27,386 bases of DNA from Verrucomicrobiota bacterium (GTDB taxonomy: Bacteria; Verrucomicrobiota; Verrucomicrobiia; Opitutales; Coraliomargaritaceae): the NCBI GenBank assembly GCA_039815375.1, contig JBCBZJ010000032.1, positions 1 to 27,386 on the forward strand, in the 5' to 3' direction. This document shows positions 19,343-27,386 of this stretch, in pieces. Made by a program: the position numbers and the translations under genes. The stretch's first letter is position 1. Each line of letters opens with the position of its first letter. The notes under the pieces were generated by a model. That model saw nothing but the letters and a program-made list of their open reading frames with translations, was not told where the DNA came from and did not search any database.

Positions 19343-19672
19343 ATGACTCCACTTTACAGAATAACGACAAGAACAAGGCTTCTGATCATGGTGATTGCGC
19401 TAAGCATAGCATTCCATCTTCTTGTGGTTGTGAAGCTTGGAGGCTACCGCGTGGTTGTTGATCATTTTTTTGACAAGAATGCCACCGTCGAGATGCCAGC
19501 AATCATGCAGATGCGTCAATTGGAGGAGGAGTACACCGTCAATCTGGAGAAGAAGGGAACGCTCGAATCTCCCAGTCCGTTTAGAGAGATGCCCCTGAAA
19601 CTAGTCATAGACACAGAGGCATCAGCTACAGAGTTGGAAAATGCGGCAGCTCCGACAAAAGCGGATAATTAG
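19343..19672 (+). CDS. Small single-pass membrane protein with a TonB/TolA-like S-x3-H anchor; paralogue of the N-terminus of 25640..26644
   Basis: [20 protein letters not shown]...[11 protein letters not shown] aligns by eye with IVLVLSIGLHLLALFIFG...PEFEVNLEQR. Start is ATG 19343 or TTG 19331. Confidence 0.7.
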   Translation: MTPLYRITTRTRLLIMVIALSIAFHLLVVVKLGGYRVVVDHFFDKNATVEMPAIMQMRQLEEEYTVNLEKKGTLESPSPFREMPLKLVIDTEASATELENAAAPTKADN

Positions 19673-20103
19673 AAGTTTCCGAAGGAAACATATTGGATTT
19701 CTGCAGCTGCACAGGCGTCAAGGACCTCAACGGTTTTGTAGTGCGGAGATATTGGATCTGCGATAACGACTACGACAGTTTTCTGGCCCATTCGGTCTGA
19801 TGTGCCTTTTACGCGCTTCAGCGTAGCAATCAGGCCATACAATGTGACTCGTTCTGAAGGACTGGCAATAGGTGCTCCGTTCAAATCGACGCTGCCATCG
19901 GGAAGAATATCAATTGTGTGACGGTTCGGGAGCTCGTCGGTAGGCTGAGCTTTTGAGTCAGTCGGCAATTGAATACCGAGGTCTGTCTCTTCCTTGATCA
20001 AGGTTGTCGTCACCATAAAGAAGATCAGCAGCAGGAAGACCACGTCAATCATCGGAGTTAAATCCGGCTTGGTCTTCTCATTGAATATGGCTTCAGATTT
20101 CAT
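19669..20103 (-). CDS. exbD: ExbD/TolR-family biopolymer transport protein
   Basis: [20 protein letters not shown] with the essential Asp; VVIAD...VEVLDAC. Confidence 0.93.
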   Translation of the reverse strand: MKSEAIFNEKTKPDLTPMIDVVFLLLIFFMVTTTLIKEETDLGIQLPTDSKAQPTDELPNRHTIDILPDGSVDLNGAPIASPSERVTLYGLIATLKRVKGTSDRMGQKTVVVVIADPISPHYKTVEVLDACAAAEIQYVSFGNF

Positions 20104-20108
20104 TCTGG

Positions 20109-20519
20109 TTATTTTTCACTTTGGTATGCGGCGAAGATGATATTACTCAATCCCACCGAAGCGCATGCTTGCATCACGTCGTTTACGAACTGGTGCTCTG
20201 TGCCGCTGTCAGCGCGAAGAAATACGCGCACGCCTGCGTCAAATTCGAGTTCTTCCTTTAGGCGTTTTTTTAGATCGTCCAAGGTAACTTCGTAAACACC
20301 GGAGTAGAGTGTGCCATCACGCGTTACGGTTACTGTTGTGCGCTCACCTTTCTCCTCAGGGAGGATGGAATTTAAGGAAATGGGAACCTCAATCGGTTTC
20401 TTCTCAGCAGTGATCATATTGGCCACCGTCATGAAGAAGACGATCAATAGGAAAACGATGTCGATCATGGGAGTTAGATCGACATCTCCATCGTCTTCGT
20501 TGGCTTTCCAGAGCTTCAT
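20109..20519 (-). CDS. exbD: ExbD/TolR-family biopolymer transport protein (second copy)
   Basis: [26 protein letters not shown]...VNDVMQAC. Confidence 0.93.
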   Translation of the reverse strand: MKLWKANEDDGDVDLTPMIDIVFLLIVFFMTVANMITAEKKPIEVPISLNSILPEEKGERTTVTVTRDGTLYSGVYEVTLDDLKKRLKEELEFDAGVRVFLRADSGTEHQFVNDVMQACASVGLSNIIFAAYQSEK

Positions 20520-20520
20520 G

Positions 20521-21276
20521 CTAGCTTCGTGCGCGGATCAGATCTGAGTAGAGTCGGCCAAGGACAAGATTTACCTCTGCGACAATCTTACCGTAGCGAT
20601 TGCGAAAAAAGAAGAAGAAGAACATGGCCGGGATGGCGATACTCATGCCGGAAGCCGTCGTTATCAGCGCCTCGGAGATATTATCAGCGAGTAATTCGGG
20701 CTTGCCCATACCTTCACTTGCAATCGAGTTGAAGGCTTTGACCATACCGGAGACGGTTCCGAGTAGACCTACCATAGGAGCGAGTGCAGCTATGATGGAC
20801 AGGTAGTTTACGATCACATAGGGGCCAGAGAGTTCCTTTGCTGCAGCGTTTTCAAAGGCCTTTTCAACTGCGTCCGGGACAAACTTGTCCTGCTTGATCT
20901 GGTCGAGGCCGTAGTTGAAGGTATTTGTCACAGGTCCTGGGTTCTCTTCGCATATCTTATGAGCTTCATCTATGTTCATTGTGCTGCAGGCCTTATCGAG
21001 TTCTTCAATAACATCTTCGTCAATGAAGTTGGCTTTACGAATGGAGAGGAAGTTGAAGACAGCAAAGCCGAATGTGGCAATGGACAGAATGCCAAGAGGA
21101 ATCATCGCCCATCCGCCGGCAAAGAGCATGTCGAGCAATGTTTTTTGTCCGTTATCTTCTGCGACAAGCTGGGCTTGCTCTGCACCGGCGGCGTCTTGTG
21201 CAAATGCAGGGATAGCTAAAACAAAGAGGCATGCTAGTATGCTGCTAAGTAAGAGTCTGGGTAACTTGTGTTTCAT
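20521..21276 (-). CDS. exbB: MotA/TolQ/ExbB proton-channel protein
   Basis: [17 protein letters not shown] and [11 protein letters not shown]...AIPA; N-terminal signal-peptide-like segment. Confidence 0.93.
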   Translation of the reverse strand: MKHKLPRLLLSSILACLFVLAIPAFAQDAAGAEQAQLVAEDNGQKTLLDMLFAGGWAMIPLGILSIATFGFAVFNFLSIRKANFIDEDVIEELDKACSTMNIDEAHKICEENPGPVTNTFNYGLDQIKQDKFVPDAVEKAFENAAAKELSGPYVIVNYLSIIAALAPMVGLLGTVSGMVKAFNSIASEGMGKPELLADNISEALITTASGMSIAIPAMFFFFFFRNRYGKIVAEVNLVLGRLYSDLIRARS

Positions 21277-21329
21277 ATTTTGTTTTTGTTAGTTAGATTG
21301 TCAGATTTATTTCTAGGAATACTTTGAAA

Positions 21330-22433
21330 TTAAACACCACTTTCGGTTTGATATTTCTCCAGCCAGGGGCTGTTCGGGTAGAAGATTTCAAATTCACGGA
21401 CCAAACGTTGGGCTGCTGTATCGTCGCCCGTTTCGGTGTATCCGCGGATTAGCAGATAATACAGCTCAGCCTTGAAGGTCGCTTCCACAGTTGTAAGCAC
21501 CATTGCACGAGACAGAAAGCGAAGGCCCTCGCGTATATCGCCCTCAGAGAAACCGACACGGCCGCGAGCCAAGCAGTAGGTGAGGAAGTTCTCGTCTTCT
21601 CGGTCCAGTTCTTCGATGTTCTCAAATAGTGCACGAGCATTTTCGCTGTCTCCAGAAACTGCGCTACTATAGCATGCCCAAAGCAAGCTCTTTTGGCGCA
21701 AAATATTGTTAGAAGATTGCGCGAGTGAACCGTAAATCTTTGCCGTCAATTGATCTTGGCCTTTTGTGCGTAGAGAGTCTGCTATCCGAAACGCCATTTC
21801 AGCAAACGCATCCTCGTCGAGTGTCATGTATAGTTGCGACAGAAGCTTTTCAAGTACTTTGAAATTTTCCTCGGTAATGCATCTGGATACCAAGTATTCA
21901 GCTTGTAATATATACTCACCCGATAGTGATGCCCATGGCATTTCAAGAGAGATTTCAAGAGCCCTCTTCAGTGGAGCGTTTCGGACTACAGCCTTGTAAT
22001 ATCTTTCAGAGAGAGAGTGGAAATTGGACTTAGAAGGATGTATTTCAAGGAAGCGTAGGAGTGCCCCAGCAGTGTTCTTCATACCTCGATAAAGAGGCCC
22101 ATAATTCCCTTCCTCTGCCTTCGAAGTCATGGAGTTGAAGTTTTTGGGAAGCTCCAGGGTTAATGTCGTGTTGATCGAGTCGATCGGCATTTCTGCTTCT
22201 GCTCCAGGCATATTTGGAAGGCTAAGGACAAGATTGCCATTCCGCATGCCTTTCAAAAAGAGCGTTTTCTTGTTGGCGTCGATCAAGCGGACCGGCTCAT
22301 CCAGAGAGAAGTCCTTTGAGGCTGGAACTCCTTCTGGAAGTTGAGGAAGATCCAAGACCTGAGCGGTCAGGCAAGAAGCTGCTATGAAACTAGCTCCGAT
22401 GCAGAAGATGGATTTAAAGAGTGAAGGTTTCAT
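21330..22433 (-). CDS. Secreted helical/TPR-like protein (367 aa)
   Basis: Signal peptide, a beta-rich N-terminal part, then TPR-like helices ending in the YbgF-like ...LVREFEIFYPNSPW. Overlaps the upstream gene by 20 nt. Confidence 0.75.
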   Translation of the reverse strand: MKPSLFKSIFCIGASFIAASCLTAQVLDLPQLPEGVPASKDFSLDEPVRLIDANKKTLFLKGMRNGNLVLSLPNMPGAEAEMPIDSINTTLTLELPKNFNSMTSKAEEGNYGPLYRGMKNTAGALLRFLEIHPSKSNFHSLSERYYKAVVRNAPLKRALEISLEMPWASLSGEYILQAEYLVSRCITEENFKVLEKLLSQLYMTLDEDAFAEMAFRIADSLRTKGQDQLTAKIYGSLAQSSNNILRQKSLLWACYSSAVSGDSENARALFENIEELDREDENFLTYCLARGRVGFSEGDIREGLRFLSRAMVLTTVEATFKAELYYLLIRGYTETGDDTAAQRLVREFEIFYPNSPWLEKYQTESGV

Positions 22434-25400
22434 CGATCAATTTATGGGCTTCTGTCTTTTCTAGAATTGCAAGTCTGGTGCGGTATTCGGCGAGGAGTTG
22501 TTGGACGCTTTCAGCCTCTCCCATTTCTTTGAGTGTGAGCATGTCATAGTAGTAGGCCCATGAGACTGTTTCAGCGTAACCACCGTAAGCGACAATCAGT
22601 CTCTCGAAGAAGCCGTGAGCCTCTGAGAGTTGTCCGTTGCGACGATAGGCAAGGCCAAGATGAAGATGTGCTTCGGCATGGCCCAAGCCCTTCCATGACG
22701 GATTCCTTAAAATCATGCCAAGGACGTCGATAGCTTTCTGGTCCATGCCAAGTTGGGAGAGAATCTGTCCCTTTTTCAAGTGAGGTTCCGCATCCTTGAT
22801 TTTCATACCGAAGCGCCCGGTAAGAAGCTCGTAATAGCCAAGTGCAGTCTGCCAATTTTCTTTGGTGCTATTTTTTTCTGCCATACGCATAGAAAGTTCA
22901 GCCATGGCAAGAACGGCATCGTATGCAGCTGGCGAGTGCGGGTGTATTTGCAACGAATAGCTGTAGAGTTTAATCGCTTCTTCAGGTTGCGATTCTTCCC
23001 GTTTGGAAGCTGCCCAGTTAATGACTGCTGGAGGCGCAGCAGCCAACTCTTCATACGAATAGATGATTTTACTCTTTTGAGAGGCATCTTTGAGCGCGTC
23101 GAGTGCCATCTCGCTACGCATTTCTAAAACCTTAAGCTCGTCTGTTTTAGCCTGTTTGAGTAGGGCAGGGAATATGCCACCAGGTGTGTGCGGGCTCAGG
23201 CGATTGCTCTTTGAAACGAAAACTTCTTTGAGTTTCGAAAGTTCATCTAGAACCATTTCCTTGGTAACTACAGGGCCTTTCGGTGCAATTTCCTGACCGG
23301 TAGCCGGGTCGGTCTTGATTTCGGTCTCAAGAATTCTTGTCCGGAAATTTCTATTTCGGATCAATTTTTTGGCCAGCGACCGATCCAGAAAGACTCCCTC
23401 GCCACTTTGCATGTATTGATATTGATATGACCGGTCCTTGAGGAAGGTATTGCGGAATGCATCGTCTGCTATCAAACGATCCAGAAGCATGTTGGACGCG
23501 TCGAATGTTTTCTCATATTTACTATAGTCCTTGATATAGTCTGTGATAAGTTGATCAACGGCATATCGGTTAAGGTCGTTACCTAGAGTACGTATCGCTT
23601 CAGCATGAATTTCGAAACGCTTTGCATACCTACCTTCCTTGTCGTGGATCATACCCATCCGGTAGTGGGCATCTGCGAGCTGCCCTGTTTCAGAATGACG
23701 TTCGATGTAATCGGCAAGGATTTCGATAGCTTCGTCTGATTTGCCACTCTCATCGAGCACTTCGGCTAGGGCGAATATTGATTTTGCAATGAAGGCCGGA
23801 TTTTCAGTGTAATTTTCAACATTCCGGTAGTGTTCAGCGGATTCAGCGTAAGCCCGACGCTCGCGCTTTAAATCACCTAAATAGAGTTCAGCTTCACCGC
23901 GCAAAAGACTGCTCGGATACTTTTCGACAAAGCTCGTAAATTGAGCCTCGGCTTTCTGCTTATCTTGCAGCCCGTAAAGGCAGATCGCGTAACGGTAGTA
24001 GACATCCTCATAGTAGCTACTCTTTTCAGTATAGTCTGCGATGAATGCACTCATGGTTTCGGCAGCACTTGCATAATCCGCAAGGAGAATTTGTGACAAT
24101 CCGTTCCAGTAGCGGGTTGTTTCATAAAGCGGCTCTCGGGCTTTGAAACGCGAAACTAAAGGAGACACATATGCATTTAGTTCTGCAAATTTAGTTTCCT
24201 GCACGTAGTAGTTACCGATGTAGTTCATCAACTGGGCAGCCACCACAAAGCTTCTGGGTTCTTTAAGGTAATCCTTAGAAAGTGTTACAAGTTCTTTATA
24301 GCGCTTCTGCTTTGAATAAAAGGCAGCCAGTCCAAGTGTAACTTCGTCCTGGTACTTTGCGTATTTTTCATTGCCGAGATATTCATTTGCCAGCATCTCA
24401 AGCATATGGACATCGACTAATATGTCGGCCTGTTTGAAGGCAATGAAGAGGAAGTCTTCAACCTGTTCGTGATCCTGATAATCCTGGTAAAGATGATAGA
24501 ATGCCCAGAGTGCTTCCCAGTGGCGTTCAGTCTCTTTGAAGACTCGCGCGATACGCCATTTCATGTCGACATCGTAAGAACGAATCTCCCGAACTGCTTT
24601 AAGGTTTGCTTCAGCAGACTTTAGTTGCCCATCAATTACGGCATAATTATCTGACTCGGTAGAGAGATAGCGAACCTTGTTTTTCAGGCTGGATACCAGA
24701 TCTCGGTAAAATTCAATGATTGAGTCGCGCGATTTTACGAAAGTATACAGCAGGATAGCATGATCGTAGTTCTTTTGCTCAAACATGGCGTCTCCGGTTT
24801 TCAACAAAGTGATATTGAATTTCGGGTCGAAGACTGCTTCGTATCGGCCAGTCAGATAGCGAAGGTAGGGTGTGATTGCTTCCGCTTTGCCTGAAGCAAG
24901 GTAGCCCTGAATCAACCAGGATGCTGCTTGTGCTCGAAGTTCAGGGTTTAGTACTGAAACATTGAATGTTTCGTAAAAAATCGGTATACCCTCTGCAGCC
25001 CTATTGGACGAGATGTAGATCCGACTCATTTTATCGCGTGCCGCATTACGAAGGGTGTTATTCTTACTGCGACGGTAGAGCCAATCATAATTCTCTATCG
25101 CTTTATCATATTGCTCCAGATCATTGTAGACTCCTCCCAGATTGAAACGGACAAAGTCTCGACGAGTGCCGGTCGGAAAAAGCTCAACATAGTCTTCATA
25201 TTGCTGGGCTGCGCTTTGTAGTGTGGCCTCAGATTTGGTTTTGCTGTACTCGTCCTGATAGGACAGGGCCAGGAGGAAAATGAGGGATTCCTGCTGGCCG
25301 GGAACTTCCGCGCTTCGCTTTAAAAGTTCTTCAATTACAGGACGTAATGCAACGAGGTCTCCGCTTAGTCCTTCTTTCAATTTCTGGTAAAGGATCGTGT

Positions 25401-25506
25401 CCGATTCTTCATTCAGTGCACTTTGGCTGTAAAGGCTCGAGGTCACTACCAAGGAGAATACTCCAAGAAGTATAACGTAGAACTGAGGTAAACGTGGGGA
25501 ATTCAT
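22414..25506 (-). CDS. Large secreted TPR-repeat protein (~1030 aa)
   Basis: Signal peptide and many TPR/YbgF-like repeats, e.g. FNLGGVYNDLEQYDKAIENY, AEAQFTSFVEKYPSS and AHLHLGLAYRRNGQLSEAHGFFE. Start is ATG 25506 or TTG 25536. Confidence 0.88.
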   Translation of the reverse strand: MNSPRLPQFYVILLGVFSLVVTSSLYSQSALNEESDTILYQKLKEGLSGDLVALRPVIEELLKRSAEVPGQQESLIFLLALSYQDEYSKTKSEATLQSAAQQYEDYVELFPTGTRRDFVRFNLGGVYNDLEQYDKAIENYDWLYRRSKNNTLRNAARDKMSRIYISSNRAAEGIPIFYETFNVSVLNPELRAQAASWLIQGYLASGKAEAITPYLRYLTGRYEAVFDPKFNITLLKTGDAMFEQKNYDHAILLYTFVKSRDSIIEFYRDLVSSLKNKVRYLSTESDNYAVIDGQLKSAEANLKAVREIRSYDVDMKWRIARVFKETERHWEALWAFYHLYQDYQDHEQVEDFLFIAFKQADILVDVHMLEMLANEYLGNEKYAKYQDEVTLGLAAFYSKQKRYKELVTLSKDYLKEPRSFVVAAQLMNYIGNYYVQETKFAELNAYVSPLVSRFKAREPLYETTRYWNGLSQILLADYASAAETMSAFIADYTEKSSYYEDVYYRYAICLYGLQDKQKAEAQFTSFVEKYPSSLLRGEAELYLGDLKRERRAYAESAEHYRNVENYTENPAFIAKSIFALAEVLDESGKSDEAIEILADYIERHSETGQLADAHYRMGMIHDKEGRYAKRFEIHAEAIRTLGNDLNRYAVDQLITDYIKDYSKYEKTFDASNMLLDRLIADDAFRNTFLKDRSYQYQYMQSGEGVFLDRSLAKKLIRNRNFRTRILETEIKTDPATGQEIAPKGPVVTKEMVLDELSKLKEVFVSKSNRLSPHTPGGIFPALLKQAKTDELKVLEMRSEMALDALKDASQKSKIIYSYEELAAAPPAVINWAASKREESQPEEAIKLYSYSLQIHPHSPAAYDAVLAMAELSMRMAEKNSTKENWQTALGYYELLTGRFGMKIKDAEPHLKKGQILSQLGMDQKAIDVLGMILRNPSWKGLGHAEAHLHLGLAYRRNGQLSEAHGFFERLIVAYGGYAETVSWAYYYDMLTLKEMGEAESVQQLLAEYRTRLAILEKTEAHKLIDETFTL

Positions 25507-25639
25507 GCGGGTTTTGACAATGGCTTGTTTGATCAAGCTACTTTCAGAATTAGTGTCTTATGTAACAACTAAAGCCTTTTTGCAGGTTTATTGATTTCTT
25601 TGAGCGGGATACTGTTAAAGCCAAATAGAGTTTTCATAC

Positions 25640-26644
25640 CTATAAGGTTTGGAGAAAGAATTTACCTTCTGTCTCATCAGCCATCGCATTGAGTAGTTGT
25701 AGGCTGCTCTCTCTTTTTCTCTTGTTGGATGGCCCAAGTGGGTTGACGAAGTCATGTATGATCAAAGTGATCTTTCCTCGCTTCATACTCTTGAGGACAT
25801 TTTCCGTACGGGTTTGGTCAAGGGTGTCGTCAAAATCGGCAAACCAATAAATTGTATCAACGCCTTCGTCGCGAAGGAATTCTAAGCTATCTTGGGAACC
25901 ACCATTTGCCGTCGTGCCATTCGGTTTTTCCGAAAAGGCAATATGACCACGCCCCTGCTTTTCGAGGTCACTCCAAATTTCCGCAAAATTCTTGTTTCTC
26001 TCAAACAAGCCTTCAATGAAGGGTTGGGTTGAAAATTTGCCGATCTTCTTGTGCTTTTTAATGGCTCTTTCGTAGCTTTTGAGTGGGTAAATATCTGTAT
26101 CCTCATCCCCTATCACACAACCAGGTGCAAAAACTACGACCGCATCCTTGAAGTTCTCGTTGACCTGCTCGAGCACTTTGTCGATTGCCTTGTGGGTTGA
26201 GAAGGAAATATCGAGGAGTACGCCAAGTTTCGTTGCTGTAACTTCGGTGCCAAAAAGCGTGGCTGTAATCGCCATTTCCCGTATTCCTCCAGCGCCACCG
26301 CCGTTACCAAAGCCGCCACTTCCGCGCCCGTAGGAGGAGTAGCTGTCAACATTTACGTCAATATCGAGTGCGGGTAATACAATATCTGGAGAATCCACCG
26401 TTATCGGATTGGGCCTCGGTGGTGAACTCTCTTCGTTTCGCTGCTCAAGATTTACCTCGAACTCTGGTATTTCCTCGGGGGGTGGTTCGAGAGGAGGGGC
26501 TTCAAAAGTGACTTCTTCACGCATTACTACTTGAGCGATCTTGACGACGCCAAAGATAAAGAGTGCTAGAAGATGCAAACCAATACTTAATACGAGAACG
26601 ATTGTCAGAGCGCCTCGAGTAGACTTCTTGCTAGACAGATTCAT
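25640..26644 (-). CDS. Membrane-anchored protein with TonB-like S-x3-H TM helix, Pro/Glu-rich and Gly-rich linkers, and a vWA-like C-terminal domain
   Basis: VLSIGLHLL; EAPPLEPPPEEIP...PPRPNP; GRGSGGFGNGGGAGG; MIDAS-like LGVLLDISFS and later TIYWFADFDD. Confidence 0.75.
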   Translation of the reverse strand: MNLSSKKSTRGALTIVLVLSIGLHLLALFIFGVVKIAQVVMREEVTFEAPPLEPPPEEIPEFEVNLEQRNEESSPPRPNPITVDSPDIVLPALDIDVNVDSYSSYGRGSGGFGNGGGAGGIREMAITATLFGTEVTATKLGVLLDISFSTHKAIDKVLEQVNENFKDAVVVFAPGCVIGDEDTDIYPLKSYERAIKKHKKIGKFSTQPFIEGLFERNKNFAEIWSDLEKQGRGHIAFSEKPNGTTANGGSQDSLEFLRDEGVDTIYWFADFDDTLDQTRTENVLKSMKRGKITLIIHDFVNPLGPSNKRKRESSLQLLNAMADETEGKFFLQTL

Positions 26645-26735
26645 TTTGGGGAAGGGGTTAAACTAGTAATACAAGAGAGAAACAAGAATTGTTCCTCTAG
26701 GATTAATCGTTTAAAATCTACGATAAATTTTCTTA

Positions 26736-26754
26736 AGTCAACGATCTGTTGACT
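26736..26754. promoter_or_regulatory. Short inverted repeat in the divergent intergenic region
   Basis: AGTCAAC-gatct-GTTGACT, about 90 bp upstream of the motor operon; it contains a TTGACT -35-like hexamer on each strand. Confidence 0.3.
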
Positions 26755-27216
26755 CTTTCAGCCCTTCTTTTCTTAGGAAAGTGACCTTTTTGTATTTTAG
26801 CGGGCGAGTTAGGGAGCTTCGAGGTTGATCGGTTCACCGATTAATGACTTTCAGGTCGGCAGTCTGTCGAGCGACTTCGCTCTGCTTACACTGTTTCAAA
26901 GCGATCATTTGCGCACGGGTTTGTTTTTCAGATGTAGATTGTTCCGATGCCTTAATAAGCGTAGACACGGTCTTTTCAATTGAGGCTTTGACCATGTAAT
27001 GATTTTGCCACTCAAAAGCATCAAGAGAAATGGCGAACTGCCGATCATACCAGGCGCTCAACAAACTCGATGGTTCATCTTGAATCTACCCTTACCAATC
27101 ATGTCGTTCTTTCATATGATGTCTTTTTCTGGAAAGGATTTGACTCAATCTTTTTTCGAGGGGCTTGATAAAAATTGTCAACAATCGCACGGTCGCATGA
27201 ATCTATTCGAATTTCT

Positions 27217-27386
27217 ATGAAGCTCATTTTCCTGCTCCTATGCCTTCTGGTAGGCGCACTTCGAGTTGAATCGAAACCAAATATTATCATAATTTTTAAC
27301 GACGACCAAGGTTATCAGGACCTGGGTTGTTTTGGTTCGCCGGACATTAAAACGCCGAACATCGATCAGATTGCAGACCGAGGGAT
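27217..27386 (+). CDS. Secreted S1-family sulfatase, N-terminal part (runs off the window; absent from the ORF track)
   Basis: Manual translation gives MKLIFLLLCLLVGALRVESKPNIIIIFNDDQGYQDLGCFGSPDIKTPNIDQIADRG. Confidence 0.9.
   Translation, partial: MKLIFLLLCLLVGALRVESKPNIIIIFNDDQGYQDLGCFGSPDIKTPNIDQIADRG

Noticed and set aside
26834..27290. Short ORFs 26834..27064, 26999..27220 and 27099..27290
   Set aside because: They overlap one another and have no motifs. The 26834..27064 frame looks helical but cannot be supported without homologues.

Overview
This 27.4-kb window looks like a marine Verrucomicrobiota (Opitutales/Puniceicoccaceae-like) or other PVC chromosome; that assignment is inferred from gene content only. 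It has four parts. (1) Bases 1-1196 appear to be the distal end of an element integrated at a tRNA gene: an orphan tRNA 3' fragment (1135-1162, Asn-like) is followed by a 13-bp hairpin. Inside the element is an integron-type cassette, attC - 153-aa membrane-tailed ORF - attC, with no integrase in the window. (2) Bases 1475-12638 hold seven divergent, secreted Cys-type (CxPxR) S1 sulfatases; an eighth starts at 27217 and runs off the end. (3) Bases 12800-19193 form a divergent, probably sugar/sugar-acid catabolic module: XRE-cupin regulator, TIM-barrel isomerase, Gfo/Idh/MocA dehydrogenase and SDR on one side; an orphan SdhA/NadB-family flavoprotein and an EamA transporter on the other; a perfect 12-bp palindrome lies between them. 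(4) Bases 19343-26644 encode a non-canonical Ton/Tol-like motor operon: a TonB-anchor/vWA hybrid, two secreted TPR proteins, ExbB and two ExbD. A convergent mini-paralogue keeps only the TonB-like anchor. No TonB-dependent receptor, CAZyme or formylglycine-generating enzyme is visible in the window.
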